The notes below the pieces were generated by a model. It had not been told where the DNA came from, did not search any database, and saw only the letters and a program-made list of their open reading frames with translations. The translations under genes were made by a program, and so were the position numbers. A stretch of DNA of 64,000 nt from an uncultured Planctomycetales bacterium (lineage in GTDB: Bacteria > Omnitrophota > Gorgyraeia > Zapsychrales > JANLHA01). This document shows positions 49,380 to 58,664 of this stretch, one piece after another; positions within the stretch are counted from its first letter, which is position 1; the number at the start of each line of letters is the position of its first letter. The DNA lies in assembly GCA_964474085.1 (NCBI GenBank), contig CAYYRJ010000006.1:29514-93513 (forward strand), given 5' to 3'.

Positions 49380-51281
49380 TTGGGAAGTAATGTAAAAAAA
49401 ATATACTTGCTCGCATTTTTGATCTTGCTAAGTAATGGTTTAAGTTTTGCTGCCGATAACAACGCTATTTCCCATCCACAAAATTTAGAAAATTTTGGCC
49501 GCATCGCCATTTTGCATGAGGGCCGCCTTAAACCGCTGGACACATATGCTCGTAGTGTCTTATTGCAATTTTCAGGCAAGAGGACTTTTGACAAAAAACC
49601 GGCGATCAATTGGCTGGCAAAATTGCTGTTTGTGCCGTGGCAGACGGCGGATGACCGAGTATTTTTGATCAACAGTCCCGAAATCCCGATGGCTTTAGGA
49701 TTTAAACCGGACACACACAGGCGTTACAGCTTTTCGCAACTTGAACCAAATTTAAACAAGTTCCGCCAGTTGGCTATCGCGGCGGATGCGATTGACGAAA
49801 AACAACGCAGTTTGGTCGAAGCCGAAATTTTGCGTGTTTACAATAATGTGAGCCTGTATTTAAAAATCCGCAGTGCGTTTTCGCTGGCAATGCCGCATTC
49901 GGATTTTGCGCTTTCCGATCAAAACGCCAAAACTCTGCTGGACTTCCCGTCGTCAAAAAACAATTTCAGCTTTTTGGATATTGCCCTTAAAGCTGATGTC
50001 ATCAACAACGAGACAAAGGACTTAGGGAGCAAAAAATCCGAGCAATGGTCGTCGGATGAAAAAGATTTTATGCGGCTTTTGCGCAATCTTTATCAGTGGT
50101 CGCAAAGTGCGACAGAGGACTCGTTGGCGATTTTTCCGTCGGTTAATCCCCAGAGTGAAACCTGGCACAGCGCTTGGGAAATGGCCAAACACAATTTTTC
50201 GGATGCCCAGACGCAAAAGGAATTGGGTTTGCTTTTAGAGATGCACAATGCTTACACTTTGGGGCATCAGCTGGAATTTAATTTAGCCGCCAAAGCGTTT
50301 GACTTGGAGATTTCTGGGCGTATTGGCGCAATGCAAAAGCGTGCTTACAATAAAATTCCTTACGAAATCTTTTATAATCACACGAGCCTGTTTCTTTTAG
50401 CCTGGATTTTTTATTTGCTCGCATTTTTTGCGTTTCTATTTTCACTCGTTTGGCCGCGTCCGCTGTTGCACACCGTCGGATTTCTTTTACTTATGTTTGG
50501 ATTTTTACCGCATTTGATTGCGCTGGTTCTTCGGACAATCATTATGTCGCGCCCGCCGGTCACCAATCTGTATGAAACGTTTGTTTTTGTCGGTGTGGTT
50601 ACCGTTTTGTTGAGTTTACTCACCGAAGTTTTTAATAAAAAATGGCTTGGCATCGTCGTTGGAAGCATTTGCGGTTTTATATTTTTGGCGATTGCCGACA
50701 AATTCAGTGCTGACGGAGACACGCTAAAAATGCTCGTCGCTGTTTTGGACTCCAACTTTTGGCTGACAACGCACGTTTTGTCGATTACGATCGGCTACTC
50801 GGGGTGTTGTGTGGCTGGCATTATGGGGCATGTTTATATTTTGCAGGCATTATTTAAACCAAAAAATAAAGAACTTTTAAATTCAACGTATCGCTATACT
50901 CTCGGGATTTTGGGCTTTGGGCTGACGATGGCGTTTTTGGGAACGATGTTAGGCGGAATTTGGGCAGATCAATCGTGGGGAAGATTTTGGGGCTGGGACC
51001 CCAAGGAGAATGGGGCGCTTTTGATCGTCCTTTGGACGTCAATTATTTTTCATGCCAAAGTTGGCCGCATGATTAATCCGCTGGGCGTTGCCGTCGGGGC
51101 TGCGATGGGTTTTATTGTTGTGATGTGGGCGTGGTTTGGCGTTAACCTTTTGAGTATCGGCTTGCATTCGTATGGATTTACGTCGGGAATTGCGGCAAAT
51201 CTTGCCGTTTATGTTGCTTTTGAGGTGTTATTTCTTGGCGCAAGCGTCATTATTTTAGGCAAAAAGGGAATACCTGTTTAA
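49380..51281 (+). CDS. ccsA: Cytochrome c biogenesis heme-handling protein CcsA/ResC (System II) with a long N-terminal periplasmic extension
   Basis: WWD domain WADQSWGRFWGWDPKENGAL and conserved His residues in the C-terminal TM region. The start is uncertain: the ORF track gives 49233, but that N-terminus reads through the palindrome. A TTG at 49380 gives a plausible signal peptide. Confidence 0.7.
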   Translation: MGSNVKKIYLLAFLILLSNGLSFAADNNAISHPQNLENFGRIAILHEGRLKPLDTYARSVLLQFSGKRTFDKKPAINWLAKLLFVPWQTADDRVFLINSPEIPMALGFKPDTHRRYSFSQLEPNLNKFRQLAIAADAIDEKQRSLVEAEILRVYNNVSLYLKIRSAFSLAMPHSDFALSDQNAKTLLDFPSSKNNFSFLDIALKADVINNETKDLGSKKSEQWSSDEKDFMRLLRNLYQWSQSATEDSLAIFPSVNPQSETWHSAWEMAKHNFSDAQTQKELGLLLEMHNAYTLGHQLEFNLAAKAFDLEISGRIGAMQKRAYNKIPYEIFYNHTSLFLLAWIFYLLAFFAFLFSLVWPRPLLHTVGFLLLMFGFLPHLIALVLRTIIMSRPPVTNLYETFVFVGVVTVLLSLLTEVFNKKWLGIVVGSICGFIFLAIADKFSADGDTLKMLVAVLDSNFWLTTHVLSITIGYSGCCVAGIMGHVYILQALFKPKNKELLNSTYRYTLGILGFGLTMAFLGTMLGGIWADQSWGRFWGWDPKENGALLIVLWTSIIFHAKVGRMINPLGVAVGAAMGFIVVMWAWFGVNLLSIGLHSYGFTSGIAANLAVYVAFEVLFLGASVIILGKKGIPV

Positions 51282-51291
51282 CACAAAAAAA

Positions 51292-51330
51292 ATAGGCAAG
51301 GCCGATTGTTCTGGCCCTGCCTATTTTCTT
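51292..51330. terminator. Bidirectional terminator between ccsA and the convergent outer membrane protein gene
   Basis: ATAGGCAAGGCC ... GGCCCTGCCTAT stem with A-run and T-run flanks. Confidence 0.6.
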
Positions 51331-51340
51331 AATCCGCATC

Positions 51341-52108
51341 TTAGAACTTATATTTCAAACCGGCGATAAATTGTCCGTCGGTTTTCTTTTTTCCTGCCGC
51401 AGGTTCGGAATTGTAATCTAAAATATACTTCAACTCCAAGTCCATATTTTTGCTCAATGGATTGGTAAAAGCTGTCTCGGAGCGCAAAAGAACGCCCGAA
51501 TCACTCTTTAGCCCGGGATAAACGGTCAAATCTTCGGAAAGAAAAGCTTTGTCAAAGATTTGTTTCTTGGCAAATGTGTGCAAGAGGGCTGTCAACGCTT
51601 CATCATCGGCTGCTTCATTGACTCGATGACGGGTAATCCGGTAACCTAAACCAGCGTCGGCATCCCACGTAAAATCCTCTCCCTTAAAAATGTGATACCC
51701 AAGACCGGCGCTTGGCGTAATACGATAATCAATGTCCGAAAAATAATCATGGTCAACTAAAATTTGTGTAACGCTAAACCAATTGTCATCTGTTCCAAAG
51801 TCATGGGAGAACTTCGCTAAAATATCCCACTTCTGGGTGTCCATGCTTTTGTTGGATTCTGAATAAAACAAATTTCCCTTAAGCGAAAATTGAGATTTAT
51901 CAAACTTTTTTAAGGCACTCGCGCTGAGATTCCCGGCGCTTTTTTGGGTATTCCCGACGGATTTGCTGTAACCGGCAAAAATATCACCCGTCCAGCCGGA
52001 AAGAAGACCTTCGTTAGTCATGGCATCATCCGCAAATGCATTCGTGCCAACTGCGGCAAAAATGAGTGTAAGGCTTGCAAAAGTTAATTTCCATAATTTC
52101 AAACTCAT
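51341..52108 (-). CDS. Putative outer membrane beta-barrel protein (DUF481/YdiY-like)
   Basis: Signal peptide, alternating beta-strand pattern, and a C-terminal YKF. Confidence 0.45.
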   Translation of the reverse strand: MSLKLWKLTFASLTLIFAAVGTNAFADDAMTNEGLLSGWTGDIFAGYSKSVGNTQKSAGNLSASALKKFDKSQFSLKGNLFYSESNKSMDTQKWDILAKFSHDFGTDDNWFSVTQILVDHDYFSDIDYRITPSAGLGYHIFKGEDFTWDADAGLGYRITRHRVNEAADDEALTALLHTFAKKQIFDKAFLSEDLTVYPGLKSDSGVLLRSETAFTNPLSKNMDLELKYILDYNSEPAAGKKKTDGQFIAGLKYKF

Positions 52109-52134
52109 GATTGGGACTCCTTTTCTTTGGTTTA

Positions 52135-52473
52135 TTATTTTTTTGCTTTTGCTTCGACGCTTTGCTTTAAATGGTTCATCGCTTTAACGACGATAAACAT
52201 ACAAAAGGCGACGACAATAAAGTTAATGATCTTGTTAATAAACAACCCGTACTTAATGGTCACAGCAGGGACGGCTTCCACCGCAGGCTTTAGCACGACT
52301 TCAAGATTCGCAAAGTCAACTCCACCGATAATAAAGCCCAAGGGCGGCATAAAAACATCGTTAACCAGCGAATTGACAACCCCACCGAATGCCGCCCCGA
52401 TCACAATACCTACCGCCATGTCCACCGCATTGCCTTTGACGGCAAATTCCTGAAATTCTTTGACAATTGACAT
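52135..52473 (-). CDS. mscL: Large-conductance mechanosensitive channel
   Basis: [31 protein letters not shown]-terminus; about 112 aa. Confidence 0.9.
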   Translation of the reverse strand: MSIVKEFQEFAVKGNAVDMAVGIVIGAAFGGVVNSLVNDVFMPPLGFIIGGVDFANLEVVLKPAVEAVPAVTIKYGLFINKIINFIVVAFCMFIVVKAMNHLKQSVEAKAKK

Positions 52474-52529
52474 AGTTTCTCCTTTCCTTGATAAATAATT
52501 TTTGCGTATAATATCACATTTAAAAAAAA

Positions 52530-53753
52530 TTGGAGCTTTTTGTTTCGCACGTTATAATGCCCGTCATGAAACCGATTACGTCAAGAAGCGCAAAACGCAT
52601 CATTCTCCAAAATGCCACACCGGCAAGAATAGTCAGCGTGGCTTTAACACAATCGCCCGGAAAAATTATCGCTGAAAATATTTTTGCGGATTCTGACCAG
52701 CCTTCTGCGGACAAAAGTGCAGTTGACGGGATTGCGATTTCCTTTAACGCGTGGAAAAAGGGAAGACTTCAATTTTTAATTAAAGGTATGCAGAAGGCTG
52801 GAATCGCCCCCAAAGTTTTGTTTAAGCCAGAACATTGTTTTGAAATCATGACTGGCGCAGTTATTCCCAAACACTGCGACTGCGTGATTCCTGTCGAAAA
52901 CGTCAAAATTGTAAAGGCCACAGCAACACTTAAGCCTGATTTAAAAATCTTTAAAGGGCAATTTATTCGTAAACAAGCCAGTGAATACAAAAAGAATGAG
53001 CGGCTTATTGCCTTCGGGACAAAAATAAATAGCACCCACATTGCGGTTTGTGCGTCAACCGGCAAGCGGCAGTTGAACGTTTTTTCACCCAAAATCGCCT
53101 TAATCGGGACAGGAGACGAGCTAATCGCTATTGACAAAAAACCGCAATCGTATCAGTCGCGTCGGTCCAATACGTATGCCCTCGAAACTCTCTTGTGTTC
53201 GCAAGGCTTTAGCGACGTGAAAAAGTTTCATTTCAATGACAATTTTTCAGTAATAAAAAAGAATTTGAGCCGTGTCCTTCTGGACTTTGACGTTGTGATT
53301 TTAAGCGGGGGAGTGTCGATGGGCAAATTTGATTTTGTTCCCGGAGTTTTAAACGAACTTCAGGTGAAAACCTTGTTTCATAAGGTCAGCCAAAAGCCGG
53401 GCAAGCCGCTTTTGTTTGCAAAAACACACGACGGCAAAGCTGTTTTTGGCTTGCCGGGCAATCCGGTCTCAACCTTGGTGTGTGCGGTGTATTATGTCTT
53501 GCCCTTTCTCTACAAGAAATGCGGCGTGCGAATCAAAGATCGAGCTGTCAGATTAGCAAAATCAATCCGTCAAAACTCAAACTTAACTTTGTTTGTGCCC
53601 GTAACTTTTAATGCCACCGCATCAGCACTGCCCGTCAAACTTAGCAGTTCGGGTAATTTTAGGGCGTTAACAGCGTCGGAAGGGTTCATTGAAGTCCCGC
53701 CAGGCACGGGGAGTTTAGAAAAAGGGAAAGAGGCAAAGTTTTTTTCATGGTAA
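52530..53753 (+). CDS. moeA: Molybdopterin molybdenumtransferase MoeA
   Basis: [19 protein letters not shown] and GLPGNPVS blocks. The exact start is uncertain. Confidence 0.75.
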   Translation: MELFVSHVIMPVMKPITSRSAKRIILQNATPARIVSVALTQSPGKIIAENIFADSDQPSADKSAVDGIAISFNAWKKGRLQFLIKGMQKAGIAPKVLFKPEHCFEIMTGAVIPKHCDCVIPVENVKIVKATATLKPDLKIFKGQFIRKQASEYKKNERLIAFGTKINSTHIAVCASTGKRQLNVFSPKIALIGTGDELIAIDKKPQSYQSRRSNTYALETLLCSQGFSDVKKFHFNDNFSVIKKNLSRVLLDFDVVILSGGVSMGKFDFVPGVLNELQVKTLFHKVSQKPGKPLLFAKTHDGKAVFGLPGNPVSTLVCAVYYVLPFLYKKCGVRIKDRAVRLAKSIRQNSNLTLFVPVTFNATASALPVKLSSSGNFRALTASEGFIEVPPGTGSLEKGKEAKFFSW

Positions 53754-54349
53754 ATTTACGCCCACCAATTTTTGGCCTTGTCCTAACCGGCGGCAAAAGC
53801 ACACGGATGAAAAAAGATAAATCGTCTTTAAAGTTTCACAATAAACCGCAGGCGATCTGTGCGTTTGAGCTTCTCTTGCCGTTGTGTGAAAAAGTTTTTA
53901 TCTCTCGGCGCAAAGGGCAAAAAATGGTTGCAAGAGAGAGCAAACTGCCGCACATTTATGATTTGAAAAAATTAAGCGACCGCGGCCCTTTGTCAGGCAT
54001 ACTTTCAGCGATGGCAAAATTTCCGAAAGCCGCGTGGCTTATCCTCGCGTGCGATTTGCCGTTTGTCGACGATAAAACGTTGCGACATCTCTTGCGTTAC
54101 CGCGACAGTACAAAAATCGCCACCGCTTACAAAAGCCGCTTTAATGATTTGCCGGAACCGTTGTGCGCGATTTATGAGCCCAAAGCACAGAGACGGTTAT
54201 TAACTTTCTTTGCAAAAGGCATAACTTGTCCGCGCAAAATTTTGATCAACTCGAAGGTGCGTTTGTTGAAGTTAAAAAACAAAAAGGCTTTGGACAACAT
54301 CAACACGCCGGAGGAATACCAAAAGGCAGTAAGTTTTTTAAAACCTTAG
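53747..54349 (+). CDS. mobA: Molybdenum cofactor guanylyltransferase MobA
   Basis: GLVLTGGKSTRM N-terminal motif; about 200 aa. Confidence 0.7.
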   Translation: MVNLRPPIFGLVLTGGKSTRMKKDKSSLKFHNKPQAICAFELLLPLCEKVFISRRKGQKMVARESKLPHIYDLKKLSDRGPLSGILSAMAKFPKAAWLILACDLPFVDDKTLRHLLRYRDSTKIATAYKSRFNDLPEPLCAIYEPKAQRRLLTFFAKGITCPRKILINSKVRLLKLKNKKALDNINTPEEYQKAVSFLKP

Positions 54350-54362
54350 CTGGAGCTTTTTT

Positions 54363-55436
54363 ATGCCAAACAGTGTGCAAAAAGAAACAAGTCCCTACAA
54401 AATTTTGTTGTCCCAAGTTCGCGAAACTCTCATTGCCGGACAAGCGCGTATCGAAGAAGAAAAGGTGCGGACCTATTGGCAGACGGGCGCGCATATTAAC
54501 AAACATATTTTAAAATATTCAAAGAAACCAGAATATGGGGCACAGATTCTCGCACGTTTGGCGCCTGACCTTAAAGTCGACAAAAATACATTGTACGATT
54601 GTCTAAAATTTGCCCGGACGTACCCAATTTTAAGCGGCCGCTTAAAATTCAAATGGTCGCATTTTCGTGAGTTAATTACAATTTCCGACGAGAGTGAGCG
54701 CAAACGTTTGGAAGAGCAGATCAAACGCAACGCTTGGACGAGCGATGAGCTTATTGCTCGCATTCATGCCCAAAAACCAGCGGCTTCCAAAAATCTTTCT
54801 CAAATTGTGGTTGAAAATCCAGTGAAAGAAAAACTTTTAACACCTTTGCGCGGAGAGCTGTTTACCTACAAAATCATCGAGCGTCCCAGCGTCAGCACTC
54901 CAACCCAAAAAGTTTTGTTGCTGGATTTGGGGTTTGGGATTTTTCGCAATCTCGACAGCCGCGTTATTTCACAATTTAAGTCCGGCGACATTGTCTGTTC
55001 AAAACCGACAGAGGATGCTTATAAATTTACGACGAAAGCCGACACATCCAAAAACGATCTTTATACCTATGAGGCGATTGTTGAAAAGATTATCGACGGA
55101 GACACTTTGAAAGTCCGCATTGACTTAGGATTTGACACCTGGAAAGACGAAACTTTGCGCCTGCGGGGAATCGATTGCCCGGAAATAGACACCCCCGAAG
55201 GGCAAGCCGCCAAGACTTTTGTACAGTCTTATATTAAGCAAGCTGACCGCATTCTCATACGCAGCAGCCGTGATGACAAGTATGGCCGCTATTTAGCAGA
55301 TGTCTTTGTTCCCCCTCTTTTGTTAAAGAGGGGGCTAGGGGGAGTTCAAGGGGAAAGTACGGACTCCACGAATTCTCAGGCCAGCATTTATTTGAATAAC
55401 TTGTTGTTACAAAACGGCCACGCTGTAAGAATGTAA
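54363..55436 (+). CDS. Two-domain protein: YhcG-family (DUF1016) N-terminal domain fused to a staphylococcal-nuclease-like (SNase/thermonuclease) domain
   Basis: The N-terminal KWSHFRELITISDESERKRLEE...AWTSDELIARI matches the YhcG N-domain (LSWSHY...W..REL). The C-terminal GDTLKVRIDLG...LRLRGIDCPE..TPEGQAAK...DKYGRYLADVFV matches the SNase pattern (GDT.V...RL.GID.PE....G..A.....D.YGR.LA.V). Confidence 0.55.
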   Translation: MPNSVQKETSPYKILLSQVRETLIAGQARIEEEKVRTYWQTGAHINKHILKYSKKPEYGAQILARLAPDLKVDKNTLYDCLKFARTYPILSGRLKFKWSHFRELITISDESERKRLEEQIKRNAWTSDELIARIHAQKPAASKNLSQIVVENPVKEKLLTPLRGELFTYKIIERPSVSTPTQKVLLLDLGFGIFRNLDSRVISQFKSGDIVCSKPTEDAYKFTTKADTSKNDLYTYEAIVEKIIDGDTLKVRIDLGFDTWKDETLRLRGIDCPEIDTPEGQAAKTFVQSYIKQADRILIRSSRDDKYGRYLADVFVPPLLLKRGLGGVQGESTDSTNSQASIYLNNLLLQNGHAVRM

Positions 55437-55460
55437 ATTTAAGAAATATTTTCGTAGGCA

Positions 55461-56429
55461 ATGGTCACGACCGTTGCTTCTACGAGCAAGAAAGGATTAC
55501 AGGTAAATTCTAATATGAAATTCAATTCAAAATCGAATGATGAGTTTATTTCATCCATACATAATGAATTTAATTTTCTCGTCGTTGAGTATGGATTTGA
55601 AAGAATAATTGAGGCTCCATTTTTAACTTATCGAAATGGCAATTTGGGAGTGTTTGTTGACATATCTCGACAAGAAACTGTATCGCCATATATCCAAGTG
55701 GGGTACTTCTCGAAGGAATATCCATCTCTATGGAAACTTGGTAAACAGTGCTCACTACTTTCATTTATTGAACTTAAGAAACCTCAGATTAATACGGATA
55801 GTATGCTTAGAAAGTTTAATAGGATGAAGCCCATCGATTTATTCAAAGAAGGAGCTACTTTGTTGAAAGAATTTATTGGGGATATTCTTTCGAAAGGACC
55901 AGAGGCGTTAGAAGAGGTTAAGAGATTTGAACATGAGAAGTATCTTACAAGGACTGATGCCAATATAAATGAGGATTTTGAAAGAACGATTTCAACGGCT
56001 TTGGAACGATTTAAAGAAAGAGATTTTGAAGCTGTCGTCTTTCATCTTAGTGAACATGAGAATATACTTTCGCCGCAAGTGGTAGCGATTTTTAAATACG
56101 CAAAAGAATTTATTAAGTCCCAATCGACGGATCAACCGTTAACAAAAGAAGAAATAGCACTTTTAAAACCAGTTGAACATCTTATGTTCAAAACAATCCA
56201 CATCCAATACTTCGCTATTTTAAGAGAACAAAGGGGAGTCAGTGAAGAAACTTTCACGACTAACCTAAAAACTGCACAGGAACTTTATGCATTGATAGAT
56301 TCACTCTATTTTTTTAGCCTGACACCGGACATGGTTCGCGTCGCAATCAACAACGAATTTTGCCCTTGGGAAACCATCCTAAAGTCAGGCGACCACGTCG
56401 TTTTTATCCCGCCTGTTGCCGGCGGTTAA
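55461..56429 (+). CDS. Fusion of an unknown roughly 240-aa N-terminal domain to a C-terminal MoaD/ThiS-like beta-grasp sulfur-carrier domain ending in GG
   Basis: The last 80 aa (IHIQYFAILREQRG...KSGDHVVFIPPVAGG) are MoaD-like with a terminal Gly-Gly. The upstream 720 bp are markedly AT-rich yet contain no stop codons, arguing for translation. An internal in-frame ATG at 56184 could give stand-alone MoaD. Confidence 0.5.
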   Translation: MVTTVASTSKKGLQVNSNMKFNSKSNDEFISSIHNEFNFLVVEYGFERIIEAPFLTYRNGNLGVFVDISRQETVSPYIQVGYFSKEYPSLWKLGKQCSLLSFIELKKPQINTDSMLRKFNRMKPIDLFKEGATLLKEFIGDILSKGPEALEEVKRFEHEKYLTRTDANINEDFERTISTALERFKERDFEAVVFHLSEHENILSPQVVAIFKYAKEFIKSQSTDQPLTKEEIALLKPVEHLMFKTIHIQYFAILREQRGVSEETFTTNLKTAQELYALIDSLYFFSLTPDMVRVAINNEFCPWETILKSGDHVVFIPPVAGG

Positions 56430-56481
56430 TCGCATAACAAACGGTTGCGGGCACAAAAACTTTTTGCTATACTCTGGCCTT

Positions 56482-56778
56482 ATGAATTCTTATTTTCTTT
56501 TAGTGTTTTTTGCTTTTTGGGCCAATGTGCCGCTGGGTTATTTTCGAGAGAATACAAAAAAGTTTTCGTTTGCATGGTTTTTTTTCGTTCATGCCTCGAT
56601 CCCATTTATTATTCTTTTACGTCTTAAATTGCATATTTCCCCATGGTTTATTCCCGTTTCGATTTTGGCTGCGATTATGGGACAATTGACAGGCAGCCGG
56701 TTACGACAAATTAAATCCCTTAATATCTCTTTGTTAAAACAGTTCGCAAAGCGACGGGGATCAACCAAGGAGCATTAA
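56482..56778 (+). CDS. Small integral membrane protein (possible AtpZ/AtpI-like atp operon leader gene)
   Basis: Three predicted TM helices, immediately upstream of the atp operon. The ORF track starts at 56416 but overlaps the previous gene. Confidence 0.35.
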   Translation: MNSYFLLVFFAFWANVPLGYFRENTKKFSFAWFFFVHASIPFIILLRLKLHISPWFIPVSILAAIMGQLTGSRLRQIKSLNISLLKQFAKRRGSTKEH

Positions 56779-57092
56779 TGGTTATCGATGACATTGTGAT
56801 TTTGACGTTCGGTGCGTTTTTATTTTTGGGTGCGTTTTTTGGCTTAAGAGCTGGGAGCAAAGTTTCATTGATTATGGGTGTCGTGTCCGGCAGTTTGATC
56901 CTCGCGGGGGATGGGATTGCGTATTTTAACAAAAGGGCCGGCCTGTTGTTTCTGATGATCGTCTCCGGACTTTTAGTTGTCAGTTTTGTCCAGAGAACCC
57001 TTAAGACCCAAAAAATGATGCCCGCCGGGATGCTATTAATTGTGAGTAGCTTGTTTTTTGGGTACATAATCGTTCGATTTCTGAACACTTGA
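56778..57092 (+). CDS. Small integral membrane protein (possible AtpI-like)
   Basis: 104 aa, 3-4 hydrophobic helices, start/stop coupled to atpB. Confidence 0.35.
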   Translation: MVIDDIVILTFGAFLFLGAFFGLRAGSKVSLIMGVVSGSLILAGDGIAYFNKRAGLLFLMIVSGLLVVSFVQRTLKTQKMMPAGMLLIVSSLFFGYIIVRFLNT

Positions 57093-57878
57093 TTGTTTAT
57101 GAGCCAGCCTTCGACAGAACCGTTTGATCTGACGCAATATATCATGCACCACGTGCAAAATAGCAGCACGTGGAATTTGCCGTTTGGTCAGCCGTTTAAT
57201 CTGCCAAATTTCTTGTCTTTGCACAGTTTAATGCTAATATTAGGGGCCTTTTTTTTGCTTATTTTATTTTGTGTATTTTACCGCAAGAATGAGGTTGTTC
57301 CGACGGGAATCACGAACATGCTCGAGGCGTTTGTCGTGTTTATTCGGGACAAGATCGCCATTAATAATCTTGGGGAAGAAGACGGAAAAAAATTTACCCC
57401 TTATTTTTGTACGCTCTTTTTCTTTATTCTTATTTTGAACCTGATGGGAAAAATCCCTCTGTTTGCCTGTGCGACAGCCAATATCAATGTGACGGCGGCG
57501 CTGGCGTTGATTACGTTTTCTTTTATGACGTTTGGCGCGATTAAACGAAATGGGCTCGTCGGATATTTTCGTTCATTTGTCATCCCGGGGCTGCCTTTAC
57601 CAATGCTTTTTTTGGTTGTCCCGCTTGAAATTTTGGGGATTTTTACCCGGACCTTTGCTTTAGCCGTCCGTTTGTTTGCCAACATGATCGCCGGACACAT
57701 GATGACTCTCGCATTTTTGGGCCTCGTGGCTTTGTTCGGCTGGTTGTTGACTCCTGCGGCTCTGTTGTTTGCGCTTTTTATCGGATTGTTAGAAATTTTG
57801 GTTGTTTTTTTGCAAGCTTATATTTTTACTTTGTTGTCAGCGATTTTTATTGGCCAAGTTTATCATCCAAAACATTAA
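57093..57878 (+). CDS. atpB: ATP synthase F0 subunit a
   Basis: LAVRLFANMIAGHMM signature with the essential Arg. TTG at 57093, or the ATG at 57099. Confidence 0.9.
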   Translation: MFMSQPSTEPFDLTQYIMHHVQNSSTWNLPFGQPFNLPNFLSLHSLMLILGAFFLLILFCVFYRKNEVVPTGITNMLEAFVVFIRDKIAINNLGEEDGKKFTPYFCTLFFFILILNLMGKIPLFACATANINVTAALALITFSFMTFGAIKRNGLVGYFRSFVIPGLPLPMLFLVVPLEILGIFTRTFALAVRLFANMIAGHMMTLAFLGLVALFGWLLTPAALLFALFIGLLEILVVFLQAYIFTLLSAIFIGQVYHPKH

Positions 57879-57897
57879 TCACAAAAAAGGAGTTAAA

Positions 57898-58104
57898 ATG
57901 AACGGTTCAATAGCTCTCATCGGTGCCGGATTGGCTGCCATCGGCGGCGGAATCGGTATTGGTTTAATCGGTTCAAGCGCTTTGTCGGGGATTGCCCGCC
58001 AGCCGGAAGCAGAAAACATCCTTAGCCGCAACATGATTCTTGCGATCGCTTTCGTCGAATTACCTGTTCTTGCGGCAATCGTTTTTTGTACCTTTGTCAA
58101 ATAA
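57898..58104 (+). CDS. atpE: ATP synthase F0 subunit c
   Basis: 68-aa hairpin protein with a GxGxGxG helix and conserved Glu (AFVELPVLAAIVF). AAGGAG RBS. The ORF-track 57802 start is too early. Confidence 0.9.
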   Translation: MNGSIALIGAGLAAIGGGIGIGLIGSSALSGIARQPEAENILSRNMILAIAFVELPVLAAIVFCTFVK

Positions 58105-58116
58105 CAAGGATAAATT

Positions 58117-58662
58117 ATGTCTCAAACTGCAACGACACAAGAACCTTCTGCGCATGGCAGCGAAACTCATGGAGCTTCGCCGTCATTGTTAGCTCCCGAA
58201 ATCCAGGTTGTATTATTGACCTGGGTGACGTTTTTTGTGCTTTTTACGATTTTGTCAAAATTCGCCTGGAAACCAATTCTCGCCGGATTACAGGCCCGCG
58301 AGGACAATATCCGCAAGGCCGTCGATGAAGCCACCAAAACCCGCGAAGAATATAAACTTCTCGGCGAAAAACGTCACAAAATTCTTTCAGAAGCGGATGC
58401 AAGCGCCAAAGAATTTATGAATCAGGCGCGGCAAACGGCGCTTAAAACAGCTAAGGTTATTGAAGAGCGCGTCGCACAAGAAGCGGTCATTATGGTCGAG
58501 AACGCCCGTCGGGAAATCGATGCCGAGCAGGAAAAAGCCGCAGTCTACTTGCGCGAAAAAAGTGCGGATACGGCGGTGGCTTTAGCGACCAAGATTTTGC
58601 AGGAAAAGCTCGATACCAAAAACCACAAAGAGCTTGTGGACCGGTTGATTGAGGAGATTTAA
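58117..58662 (+). CDS. atpF: ATP synthase F0 subunit b
   Basis: Single N-terminal TM then a long charged helix, at the expected position in the operon. Confidence 0.75.
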   Translation: MSQTATTQEPSAHGSETHGASPSLLAPEIQVVLLTWVTFFVLFTILSKFAWKPILAGLQAREDNIRKAVDEATKTREEYKLLGEKRHKILSEADASAKEFMNQARQTALKTAKVIEERVAQEAVIMVENARREIDAEQEKAAVYLREKSADTAVALATKILQEKLDTKNHKELVDRLIEEI

Positions 58663-58664
58663 AA

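Noticed and set aside
56184-56429. Stand-alone MoaD initiating at the internal ATG at 56184 as the only product
   Set aside because: Not rejected outright, but 720 bp of AT-rich sequence upstream stay open in the same frame, which is improbable for non-coding DNA. The fusion is therefore reported as the primary call and the alternative is noted.
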